DNA of 64,000 nucleotides from an uncultured Candidatus Saccharibacteria bacterium (lineage in GTDB: Bacteria > Patescibacteriota > Saccharimonadia > Saccharimonadales > Saccharimonadaceae): the NCBI GenBank assembly GCA_963553465.1, contig CAUVOB010000002.1, positions 41,632-105,631 on the forward strand. The letters run 5' to 3'. Of this stretch, positions 1 to 8,191 are shown one piece after another. The translations under genes were made by a program, and so were the position numbers. The notes below the pieces were generated by a model, which saw only the letters and a program-made list of their open reading frames with translations, was not told the DNA's origin and ran no database searches. Numbering within the stretch: position 1 is the first letter of the stretch; each line of letters starts with the position of its first letter.

Positions 1-1
1 C

Positions 2-910
2 GCGACAACTTGTCCTGACAACTCTGCGACGAAGGATAATATACCAGCACCTCCCTATTTTAACGTTGCTAATGGACAGGAAGACATAAAGTTTACTTAT
101 TATAAACTATCTAACGGGACAGCAACAAAAGTTCAAGAAAAATATATAGAGATCAAAACATCTAGACGCCCGTATAAGCCATGGCAAAAGGTATACGTAA
201 AGATTTACTCTGAGCCAAGAGATTTGGGCGAGATTGAAGCTGATAAGAATGGTGAAATTAATGGATCTGTGGCGCTGCCTGAGGATTTGCCTGCTGGATA
301 TCACACGCTGGTGGTGTCTGGCGAGGCTCCAGATGGCAAGAAGCAGGAACTGTACCAGACCATTCTCATTAAAGGTCCAAACCCCGAGGATATTGACGAA
401 AACGGTACGCCAGACAAGCTTCAGCCATGCGGAGCCTTTGCCCAAGCCGCTAATAAGGATGAGGACCTTGACGGCATCGACGACGCCTGCGACCCTGAGA
501 TCACCGATCCCATCCTGTATACTGCTCGCAACGGCAAGTCATCACTTGGCGAAGATGAGGATCGGATTTATCTCTTTCGCAATACGCGAGCAGCCAACCT
601 GACTGGCGTCACAAACGATTACGTTGACAAGTCAAAAAACCAGAATAACGCTGATGCACTGGTTGGGCATACTTTAAGCGAAGAGACGCGCGGGCTTGCA
701 TTCAATAAGCTGGTCGTTATGAAAGAAGCTGACGGTGACATCAAAAAAGGAACGCCGATTATCCTCGCCAAAGACGTAAACGAGAAGTGCTACGCTCTAA
801 AACCAGAAGATTACCTATCACCAGCACTCAAACCTGGAGCAAAAGACTACAAGCTACGAGGATTAATAAAATTAAGTAAACTACCGAAGGGGGCAAGTTG
901 TGAAGAATAA
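2..910 (+). CDS. C-terminal part of a large, probably secreted protein (5' end outside window) with thrombospondin type 3-like Ca-binding motifs
   Basis: Frame open from base 2 to TAA 910 (ATTCPDNS...KGASCEE); DIDENGTPD and DEDLDGIDDACD motifs. Confidence 0.75.
   Translation, partial: ATTCPDNSATKDNIPAPPYFNVANGQEDIKFTYYKLSNGTATKVQEKYIEIKTSRRPYKPWQKVYVKIYSEPRDLGEIEADKNGEINGSVALPEDLPAGYHTLVVSGEAPDGKKQELYQTILIKGPNPEDIDENGTPDKLQPCGAFAQAANKDEDLDGIDDACDPEITDPILYTARNGKSSLGEDEDRIYLFRNTRAANLTGVTNDYVDKSKNQNNADALVGHTLSEETRGLAFNKLVVMKEADGDIKKGTPIILAKDVNEKCYALKPEDYLSPALKPGAKDYKLRGLIKLSKLPKGASCEE
861..904 (+). repeat. Direct repeat copy 1 (3' end of large gene plus start of next gene)
   Basis: 44 nt with 6 mismatches to 1865-1908. 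Confidence 0.85.
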
Positions 911-1199
911 GAAAGTTATAAAGTACTCAATCATGCTGTATACTGGTATACTGTCGGTTTTAGGATTGTGCCAGTTTCTAGGCATACCAAACCTTGATAC
1001 AGCTTCAAGACACGACAGGATGTTGCTGGGAGCGACTATATGGTGGTTAGGTGTGGCCGGAGTTATTATAAATGCGATTATTGCAATAAGGCTTAGAACA
1101 TTGAGGACCTTGGCTATTGTCCTGCTAATGTTGTGCATCGTGTTTGGCTTGGTCGGTGGTTTTCATTATTATCTAGCAGTTAACTGGAAATGGGGTTGA
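900..1199 (+). CDS. Small membrane protein, about 3 TM (cassette family A)
   Basis: GTG start overlapping upstream gene end; hydrophobic; paralog of 1531-1836. Confidence 0.8.
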   Translation: MKNKKVIKYSIMLYTGILSVLGLCQFLGIPNLDTASRHDRMLLGATIWWLGVAGVIINAIIAIRLRTLRTLAIVLLMLCIVFGLVGGFHYYLAVNWKWG

Positions 1200-1202
1200 T
1201 CC

Positions 1203-1487
1203 GTGAAGAATAAGAAAATAATTGTGGGATTATCAATTATTGTCCCAATGTTAATATTGTTGCTAGAATACTACATAATCGGTCCGCTATTGGCTGATGG
1301 TGTCAGTATATTTGTTGCACAATGCTCGTTGCTAGCTTTGAGTGTTATATTTATGATAGCGGGCATTGTCATTTTAGTGAGAGCTTCTGGGGGTTATAAA
1401 TTTTGTTGTGTACCCAGTATCGTCGCCAGCTTATTACTCGTTTTTGGATATTTTTTGTCCGAGGCTGTAAAAGAGATACGGTTCTAG
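1203..1487 (+). CDS. Small membrane protein, about 3 TM (cassette family B)
   Basis: MKNKK start; GIVILVRASGGYKFC resembles GVWMVVWLRGVYKLC in 2414-2713. Confidence 0.8.
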   Translation: MKNKKIIVGLSIIVPMLILLLEYYIIGPLLADGVSIFVAQCSLLALSVIFMIAGIVILVRASGGYKFCCVPSIVASLLLVFGYFLSEAVKEIRF

Positions 1488-1530
1488 TGAGCTTGGAAAG
1501 TAAAATGTGTTATGCTCAACAAGGTGGGCT

Positions 1531-1836
1531 GTGAAGAAAAATAAGATTGTAAAATACGCCACGACAACTTATACATGTCTATTGGCGGTAATGGCATTTT
1601 GCTTATTCGTAGGAATACTGAATCTAGACATGAATCCGAGGCAAGTTAACTCACTGTTAGGGATCATTCTTGTGTGGGCAAGTGTGATCGGTATAGCTAT
1701 AAACCTGCTCACGGTAATTTTTATAAAAAGTCTACGCTCCATTGCCGTAGTGCTGCTCATCGTATGCACATTTGCACTGGCAGAAGGATGTTTTCATTAT
1801 TTTTGGTTTTCACAGCCATTCGCAGGGGGACGGTAA
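1531..1836 (+). CDS. Small membrane protein (cassette family A)
   Basis: GTG AAG AAA AAT start; shares KY..Y, G..NLD, LLG..W, LR..A.VLL and G.FHY with 900-1199. Confidence 0.8.
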   Translation: MKKNKIVKYATTTYTCLLAVMAFCLFVGILNLDMNPRQVNSLLGIILVWASVIGIAINLLTVIFIKSLRSIAVVLLIVCTFALAEGCFHYFWFSQPFAGGR

Positions 1837-1864
1837 AGTAGCGCATGGCTAATCACACTATGAA

Positions 1865-1908
1865 GATTAATAAAACTAAACAAGCTACCGAAGGGGGTGA
1901 GTTGTGAA
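1865..1908 (+). repeat. Direct repeat copy 2 (orphan 3' end of the large gene, LIKLNKLPKGVSCE)
   Basis: Aligns to 861-904. Confidence 0.85.
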
Positions 1909-2259
1909 AAAGAATAAAAAGATAACGCAGAATATATCACTGACGGCCGTTATGGCTACCATGCCGCTACTCGTGGTGCGAGGTGATACATATAAATAGG
2001 GCTGATTATAGAATGTATTGCAGCCGTGATTAGTCTGTTATTATTGTTTACTTCTGCGAATAGAAGAAAGAATTTTCCACTTTCACATCTGGCGGCTATT
2101 TTGTGGCTATTCATCCCTGTGTCATTTTTGCTCCTACTGCAGACGTCCTTATTTGGGGGCGGTTTTGAGGGGCTTTCTAATTGGGCGAAAACCGGACTCA
2201 TAGTTGGTATCGTCGCTATAATATTGACAAGTATTCAGCTGTTCAGAGTGAATCGTTAA
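1904..2259 (+). pseudogene. Frameshifted small membrane-protein cassette
   Basis: GTG 1904 (MKKNKK...) stops at TAG 1997-1999; hydrophobic coding continues in another frame to 2259. Confidence 0.65.
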
Positions 2260-2413
2260 TGGGGTTTGATAGGGTGAGTTGTGAAGATGAGCCAACAAGT
2301 ACGTCAGAACACCAAGGACACGACCGGGAAATTTCATTACTATTCAGAGGCCAATTGGCTGCAGCGATAGGTTGATTAACTAGTGTAGCCGATTTATCAT
2401 GAAGGGGTAGGTT

Positions 2414-2713
2414 ATGAAAGATGATGTAGCGACGACGGACAAGCCATACTTAAGCGATACAGTAGTAGTTTTGCTGGTAGTCGCACCGATAGCTTTGTGT
2501 GTGCTGCTCTTTATTGTGGCGAGGTGGGATACGTGGTGGATTCGTGAATATCATGTTGTTGAGATAGCAGCAATGGCGCTGCCGATGCTGCTGTTAGCGG
2601 CGGGAGTGTGGATGGTGGTGTGGCTGCGGGGTGTATATAAACTCTGTGCGTTTAGCAGCCTCGCGGTAGCGGCGTTGTTCTGGCTGGCGTTCCTTTATAA
2701 GTTATCGCAGTGA
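2414..2713 (+). CDS. Small membrane protein (cassette family B)
   Basis: About 3 hydrophobic segments; GAAGGGG upstream; similar to 1203-1487. Confidence 0.75.
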   Translation: MKDDVATTDKPYLSDTVVVLLVVAPIALCVLLFIVARWDTWWIREYHVVEIAAMALPMLLLAAGVWMVVWLRGVYKLCAFSSLAVAALFWLAFLYKLSQ

Positions 2714-3235
2714 TTTTTTGCGACTCTCGCGGTACTTGGTGCGGCGATTGATAATCATAAGAGATGTTCCGCAGATGAAAAGCGGCGGCATACAGAACAG
2801 GTATACGAATTCCCCGAGTCCATCAGCCAGAAAGCAGTTACCTATGGAAAATCCGCTACCGCAGCGTCCAGGAATGCCCCACCCGCCGATTGTCACGTCG
2901 AGGAGCAGTATCAGTATTGTGAGGTAAAACAGGATGCCTGTTATGACAAGCGGCCATCGATTGCGCAGATTCTGGTGGCGGGCGGCGGTGATTGACCAGT
3001 CCGTTAGCTTAATCATCAGTAGGGTGATAAGCATAGCTATAATGAACCAAGCGGAGTCATTTAGATGATAGTCATAATAATAGTCAGGCGGACCAAATTG
3101 GTCGGAGTTGAGCTTGTGTAGGTGGTCATTATGGGCAGTTGCAAGCACAAAAACGAGGATCGTCAGGCCGTAAATAAGCCAGCGCACAATGCGGGTAGCA
3201 ATTGATTTTTTTGATGGAGCATTTTCGGTCATCAA
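2702..3235 (-). CDS. Hypothetical membrane protein (about 4 TM)
   Basis: ORF overlapping murF stop; hydrophobic segments. Confidence 0.7.
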   Translation of the reverse strand: MMTENAPSKKSIATRIVRWLIYGLTILVFVLATAHNDHLHKLNSDQFGPPDYYYDYHLNDSAWFIIAMLITLLMIKLTDWSITAARHQNLRNRWPLVITGILFYLTILILLLDVTIGGWGIPGRCGSGFSIGNCFLADGLGEFVYLFCMPPLFICGTSLMIINRRTKYRESRKKSLR

Positions 3236-4518
3236 TGGTCACTTTCAAAAAACCGCCGTTTCTTTTCGAGCCACGTGTCTGACTGGCGGACGAGTTTTTG
3301 GCGGTCGGCGGGGTTTTTGAGGAGCGGCTTGATGGCTTCCTCGAGGTAGATACCGCCTTGGGAGCCCTTGAAGAGGAAAGTGGTGTCTTTATTGGCCAGG
3401 CGAGCGAGGAGCTTGGCAGCGTCGGTGGCCTTGGCGAACGAGGTGACGGTGCAGCCATTTTGCCGAGCAACTGGAGCGAGGAATCGCTCGGCCAAGCGGC
3501 CAACGGTGATGACGTGGTCAAGCTGTTTCGGGTCACACAGCGCGCCGATGGCAGCGTGTTCATCGGCTGCGGTCTGGCCCAGCTCGTTCATGTCGCCAAG
3601 GACGGCGATCTTGGTTTTGGCGGGTAGCTGGTAAAGTGTCGTCAGGGCAGACTTTACGGCGAGGGGGCTGGCATTATATGAGTCGTCGATGATGGTCGCA
3701 TCGTTGATGCCAGGCAGAATATTCATGCGGCCGCTGACTGGTGTGAAATTCTCGAGCATGGTCATCACACATTCAATGTCAAGTCCAAGCTCTAACGCCA
3801 CCGCCGCTGCGCCGCCGGCAACGCGGAGTTGATGCACGCCGACCACAGGGATGATGAATGGACGTGAGGTTTGGTCGGCGTGGATGAGCTGGCACCGAAA
3901 GCCCTTGCCGCTGGTAAATTTACCGATAGCCATCTGGTAGTCGGCGCCTGGCTCAGTGCCATAGGAAATGATTTGGCCGCAATCGGCGAAGTCCACGAAT
4001 TCGGGGCGAATGTCATCGCGGTTGTAGATCACTTTTTCGCTATATTCAGCGAGCGCGAATTCCTCGCGGGCGACGGTTTCTAGTGAGCCGAAAAACTCCA
4101 TATGCTCAGGCGCGATGGCGGTGACAATGGTAATGTCAGGGCGAATATAGCGGCCGAACGCGGCCATTTCGCCGGGGTGATCAATGCCGAATTCTTGGAC
4201 AACAACGTCGATATTATGCTGGCGGCGGGCGGCCTGGCGGGCTCGGCCCAAGACCGACAACCAATTCCATACCGAGCGGGGGTTCTGCGGTGAATCGACA
4301 CCGAGGATTTCTAGCGGCGCGCTAAACTCAGCGTTGAAGTTGCCACGATTGGTGCGGACTTTATAGCTGGAGTTTAGGACGCTGACGAGGGTTGACTTGG
4401 TGGTGGTTTTGCCGACACTACCGACGACGGCAACAAGCTTGATGTGCGGATTATGCAGGAAGAACGTGGTGACAGAGCGAGCGAGAATGCGCGAGATGAG
4501 GGTTTTGAATAGTCTCAT
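3232..4518 (-). CDS. murF: UDP-N-acetylmuramoyl-tripeptide--D-Ala-D-Ala ligase
   Basis: GSVGKTTTK, IIDDSYNASP, LGDMNELG, FKGS motifs. Confidence 0.92.
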   Translation of the reverse strand: MRLFKTLISRILARSVTTFFLHNPHIKLVAVVGSVGKTTTKSTLVSVLNSSYKVRTNRGNFNAEFSAPLEILGVDSPQNPRSVWNWLSVLGRARQAARRQHNIDVVVQEFGIDHPGEMAAFGRYIRPDITIVTAIAPEHMEFFGSLETVAREEFALAEYSEKVIYNRDDIRPEFVDFADCGQIISYGTEPGADYQMAIGKFTSGKGFRCQLIHADQTSRPFIIPVVGVHQLRVAGGAAAVALELGLDIECVMTMLENFTPVSGRMNILPGINDATIIDDSYNASPLAVKSALTTLYQLPAKTKIAVLGDMNELGQTAADEHAAIGALCDPKQLDHVITVGRLAERFLAPVARQNGCTVTSFAKATDAAKLLARLANKDTTFLFKGSQGGIYLEEAIKPLLKNPADRQKLVRQSDTWLEKKRRFFESDH

Positions 4519-4599
4519 GAGTATAGTATAGCATCTTTTGATATGAGTAGTGAGTCAGGAACTTGATTTTTTATCAAGTTTATGCTAATATTCGTTACG

Positions 4600-5736
4600 A
4601 TGAGTAATAAAGAAAAATTAACAAGTCACAATGATGCTATTACAACTGGTTTAGAGGATAATGAAGCAGTTTTAAGCTATCTCAATGGGGGGGTACTTGA
4701 GCAACAAGGAACTTGGGATGCCCCTAGTGGCAGTGAACTCAATGGTCGGTGGAGCAGGGAGTGGATACTGTCATGCTATCTTGACCTTACAGATGCAATG
4801 ATTCAGCATCTTGGTGGTTATGAGAATGAGCAGCCGGATTTTGTGCCAGATGAGGTACTGTTTCTAGATAAATCGGCTAGACCTGTTGCGTGGCTCGTCG
4901 ATTCGCTATGGGAAGTAATGGCCGACAAGGGAGCAAAAAAGCCTCATTTTGATTTTATTCATATTGATCGTAAAGAGTGGTGGGCACGTGTCGGTCGTCC
5001 GCTAGTTCGTGAAGAAAATCGTGACCCACTTGAGTTTAATGTCAATGAAATTTCCGAGGAAACCATTAGTGCCATTCGTGCCAAGTTTGTAGTTGGTGAT
5101 CTGACGCCTGATAACTATAAGACCGAGGTATGGAAATTACCTACTACACTTGATGGTAAAAAAGTGTTAATTGTAGATGAGATTAAAAGTAGCGGTGCAA
5201 CAGCTTATATGACCCAGCAGTTACTGTCTCGCGCAGTCCCAGATGCTGAGTTTACAAATGAGTATTTTTGGTCTGTGCCATATAGTGAGGGAAAATCTAT
5301 AGAGATTGATAACAAAGATGGCACAAGATCGGTGCAGCGTCAGATGCATAATACACCGGTTTGGTACGATAAAACCTCACCGGCCGGAAGGGAGGTTTCA
5401 GACCCTTCTTTGGGAGTAATGGATAGGCTGTATCATGAAAATCCTACGCAAGAAAACCTGAGAAGGCGGATAGCGTGGTTTATTGAGAGTGTAACACCAG
5501 AAGATGTCGGCGCTGATGTCGATGAGAGGACGAAGCGGCTGAAGAGGGATATAGCCACTCTAAGCTATCTGAGCATAAATGATTTTATGATGACGCGCAG
5601 TGATACGAGAGCGAAGAGAAAAGCAGAATATCTAAAGAGCAAACAGGGGGCATCCTCCGGAAATAAGAACAGTAATCTGCTACTGCGTAAGCATAATGAG
5701 GGTATTAGAAAGGCTCAGAAAATAAGAACCGTTTAG
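4600..5736 (+). CDS. Hypothetical protein with a type I phosphoribosyltransferase-like motif
   Basis: VLIVDEIKSSGAT PRPP-loop-like motif; FLDKSARP loop. Confidence 0.6.
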   Translation: MSNKEKLTSHNDAITTGLEDNEAVLSYLNGGVLEQQGTWDAPSGSELNGRWSREWILSCYLDLTDAMIQHLGGYENEQPDFVPDEVLFLDKSARPVAWLVDSLWEVMADKGAKKPHFDFIHIDRKEWWARVGRPLVREENRDPLEFNVNEISEETISAIRAKFVVGDLTPDNYKTEVWKLPTTLDGKKVLIVDEIKSSGATAYMTQQLLSRAVPDAEFTNEYFWSVPYSEGKSIEIDNKDGTRSVQRQMHNTPVWYDKTSPAGREVSDPSLGVMDRLYHENPTQENLRRRIAWFIESVTPEDVGADVDERTKRLKRDIATLSYLSINDFMMTRSDTRAKRKAEYLKSKQGASSGNKNSNLLLRKHNEGIRKAQKIRTV

Positions 5737-6041
5737 GCCTGCAGTCGTCTTAATTCTCCTACTATATCGTTATGCGTATCATCATATATTGTTAGAGAAA
5801 AGGGTGCTGACTCAGCTTTATGACCAGTGTCGCTACTGTCACCCTCTGGAAATACTGCATTCCCCTCGTAGTGTATAGTTCGTTCAAATCGTATCGAATT
5901 AGCAACCTCGAGTGCTACATCGCCTAGGCGAGTTTTAACACAGGTAGGTAAGTCATGTTCGTTGCACTCTACATGGAGCACCTCCTGTACGTACCTAGAA
6001 GCCCTTCTGCCATCTGGAGTTGTTGTTTTTTCTAAACACAT
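5733..6041 (-). CDS. Hypothetical protein
   Basis: 102-aa ORF with -10-like TGTTAATAT upstream. Confidence 0.5.
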   Translation of the reverse strand: MCLEKTTTPDGRRASRYVQEVLHVECNEHDLPTCVKTRLGDVALEVANSIRFERTIHYEGNAVFPEGDSSDTGHKAESAPFSLTIYDDTHNDIVGELRRLQA

Positions 6042-6108
6042 CTTGTGAATATTAACACAATATATTTATAAAGTCAAGCAGTATTGGTGTTGGCTTTGGT
6101 GGATTTTT

Positions 6109-6135
6109 CTAGCACTCACGCTTGACGAGTGCTAA
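6109..6135 (+). promoter_or_regulatory. CIRCE element (HrcA operator) overlapping the groESL -35 (TTGACG; -10 TACAAT at 6146)
   Basis: CTAGCACTC-N9-GAGTGCTAA, one mismatch to consensus. Confidence 0.93.
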
Positions 6136-6181
6136 TTTGGTGCGGTACAATGGGTGTATTGTTAACGAAATGGAGGATGAT

Positions 6182-6448
6182 ATGGATACACCTATCAAGC
6201 CTCTCGGTGACCGCGTGGTAGCGGTGCGCGAGGAGGCGAAGACGCAGACGGCGAGCGGACTGTATTTGCCGGATAGTTCGAAGGAGAAGCCAGTGGTGGC
6301 TAAGGTCAAAGCGGTTGGCGGCGATGTCAAGAATGTCAACGTGGGTGACAAGATTGTGTATAAGGAATATTCAACCACGGATTTGAAAATTGACGGCACG
6401 GAATATTTGATCGTCCGCGAGGAAGATATTTTAGCAACGGTTGTTTGA
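6182..6448 (+). CDS. groES: Co-chaperonin GroES
   Basis: IKPLGDRV, TASGLYLP; GGAGG SD. Confidence 0.97.
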   Translation: MDTPIKPLGDRVVAVREEAKTQTASGLYLPDSSKEKPVVAKVKAVGGDVKNVNVGDKIVYKEYSTTDLKIDGTEYLIVREEDILATVV

Positions 6449-6467
6449 GAAAAGGGGAGTTTACGTT

Positions 6468-8111
6468 ATGGCAAAAAAAGTTTTTTACGATGATGATGCG
6501 CGTGCTCGCGTGTTGGGCGGCGCTGAAGCGCTATATAACGCAGTCAAGGTAACCTACGGGCCAAAGGGCCGTAATGTAGTGATCGCCAAGGGGTTTGGCG
6601 GGCCAACGGTGACGCACGATGGCGTGACAGTGGCGGAAGGCATCGAGCTGCCAGAGAATGATGATGAGACGCTAGGCTACAAGGTCGGTGCTGATTTGAT
6701 CAAGCAGGCAGCCAAGAACTTGAACAAGCAGGCTGGCGACGGCACCACGACTGTGACGGTGCTGACGTATTCGATTTTGAAGGAAGCTAACCGGTTGATC
6801 GCAGCGGGACATAACCCAATGGAGCTGCGCAAGGATATCGAGCAGGCCGGCGCGGAAATTGTCAAAGAGCTGAACAAATTAGCTGAGCCAATTGAAGGCA
6901 AGTCTGAGCGTGTGGCAGAAGTGGCAACCATTTCGGCGGGCGACGCGGAAATTGGCAAATTGATCGCTGGTGTCATCGAGAAAGTTGGTAAAGACGGCGT
7001 GGTAACGGTTGAGGCTGGCCAAGGTTTGGAGCTGGAGGCTGAGGTTGTTGAAGGCTTCAGCCTGGACAAAGGCTGGGTCAGTCCGTTCTTTGTCACCGAC
7101 ACCGGTCGGCAAGAGGCGGTTTATGAAAAGCCAGCGATTTTGATCACCGATAAGAAGATTTCCAGCGTGCAAGAGTTCCTACCAATGCTGGAAAAATTGG
7201 CACAAAGTGGGAAAAAGGACGTCGTGCTGATCGCTGATGAAGTTGAAGGCGAGGCACTGAGCATCTTGGTGCTGAACAAGCTCAAGGGCGTATTTAACAC
7301 TGTGGCGGTCAAGGCACCAAGCTTTGGCGACCGCCGTAAGGAGATTTTGCGCGATATCGCGGTGCTGACTGGCGCAACGGTGATCTCCGAAGATCACGGT
7401 TTGACGTTTGAGAATGCTGGCCTGGAGGTATTGGGCTCAGCGCGCAAGGTGATTGTCGGTAAAGATGAAACCACCATCGTTGAGGGCGCGGGTAAGCCGT
7501 CAGCAGTGAAGGAACAAATCGCTCAGATCAAGGCGCTGTCCGACAATGCTTCCAGCGAGTACGAAAAAGAACAATTCGACAAGCGGGCAGCTGCCTTGAG
7601 CGGCAAGGTGGCCGTTATTAAAGTCGGCGGCGCGACCGAGACAGAAATTGACGAAAAGAAGTTCCGGGTGGACGACGCAGTGGCAGCGACCAAGGCAGCC
7701 TTGGCTGAAGGAATTGTCGCCGGTGGTGGCGTCACGCTGGTGAATTTGGCTGGCGGCTTGAAAGTGAGCGGTGCAGATAGCATCGCGGCTGGCCGGCAGA
7801 TTCTAAAGGACGCCTTAAAGCAGCCGTTCCTGCAGATTATGCGTAACGCTGGCTTGAATGCCGACGCGCTGCTAGCGCAAGTCGAGGCGGGCAAGGCTGG
7901 ATTTGGTGTTAATGTGATGAAGCCTGAGAACGAATTGGTAGATGTCAAAAAAGCTGGCGTCATCGACCCAGCGCGCGTCACTAAGGAAGCGGTGCAGAAC
8001 GCGGTGTCAATCGCCTCAACTGCAGCAACCATGGGCGCACTGGTCGTCGACGTGCCAGAGCCAGAAGCTCCAGCTGCACCTGGCGGTATGCCGGGTATGG
8101 GGATGATGTAG
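6468..8111 (+). CDS. groEL: Chaperonin GroEL
   Basis: GPKGRNV, GDGTTT, GGM tail. Confidence 0.98.
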   Translation: MAKKVFYDDDARARVLGGAEALYNAVKVTYGPKGRNVVIAKGFGGPTVTHDGVTVAEGIELPENDDETLGYKVGADLIKQAAKNLNKQAGDGTTTVTVLTYSILKEANRLIAAGHNPMELRKDIEQAGAEIVKELNKLAEPIEGKSERVAEVATISAGDAEIGKLIAGVIEKVGKDGVVTVEAGQGLELEAEVVEGFSLDKGWVSPFFVTDTGRQEAVYEKPAILITDKKISSVQEFLPMLEKLAQSGKKDVVLIADEVEGEALSILVLNKLKGVFNTVAVKAPSFGDRRKEILRDIAVLTGATVISEDHGLTFENAGLEVLGSARKVIVGKDETTIVEGAGKPSAVKEQIAQIKALSDNASSEYEKEQFDKRAAALSGKVAVIKVGGATETEIDEKKFRVDDAVAATKAALAEGIVAGGGVTLVNLAGGLKVSGADSIAAGRQILKDALKQPFLQIMRNAGLNADALLAQVEAGKAGFGVNVMKPENELVDVKKAGVIDPARVTKEAVQNAVSIASTAATMGALVVDVPEPEAPAAPGGMPGMGMM

Positions 8112-8134
8112 TATTCCTATCTCATTAAGAATGG

Positions 8135-8164
8135 AACTCCTCGCTGGAAACGGCGGGGAGTTTT
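8135..8164 (+). terminator. Intrinsic terminator after groEL
   Basis: AACTCCTCGCT...GGCGGGGAGTT stem followed by T run. Confidence 0.75.
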
Positions 8165-8191
8165 AGTGTGTGAATGAGCGAGTCTTCATCT

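Noticed and set aside
861..2413. CRISPR array or integron attC array
   Set aside because: Repeats are few, degenerate and coding-derived; I see no regular spacers, cas genes, attC palindromes or integrase.
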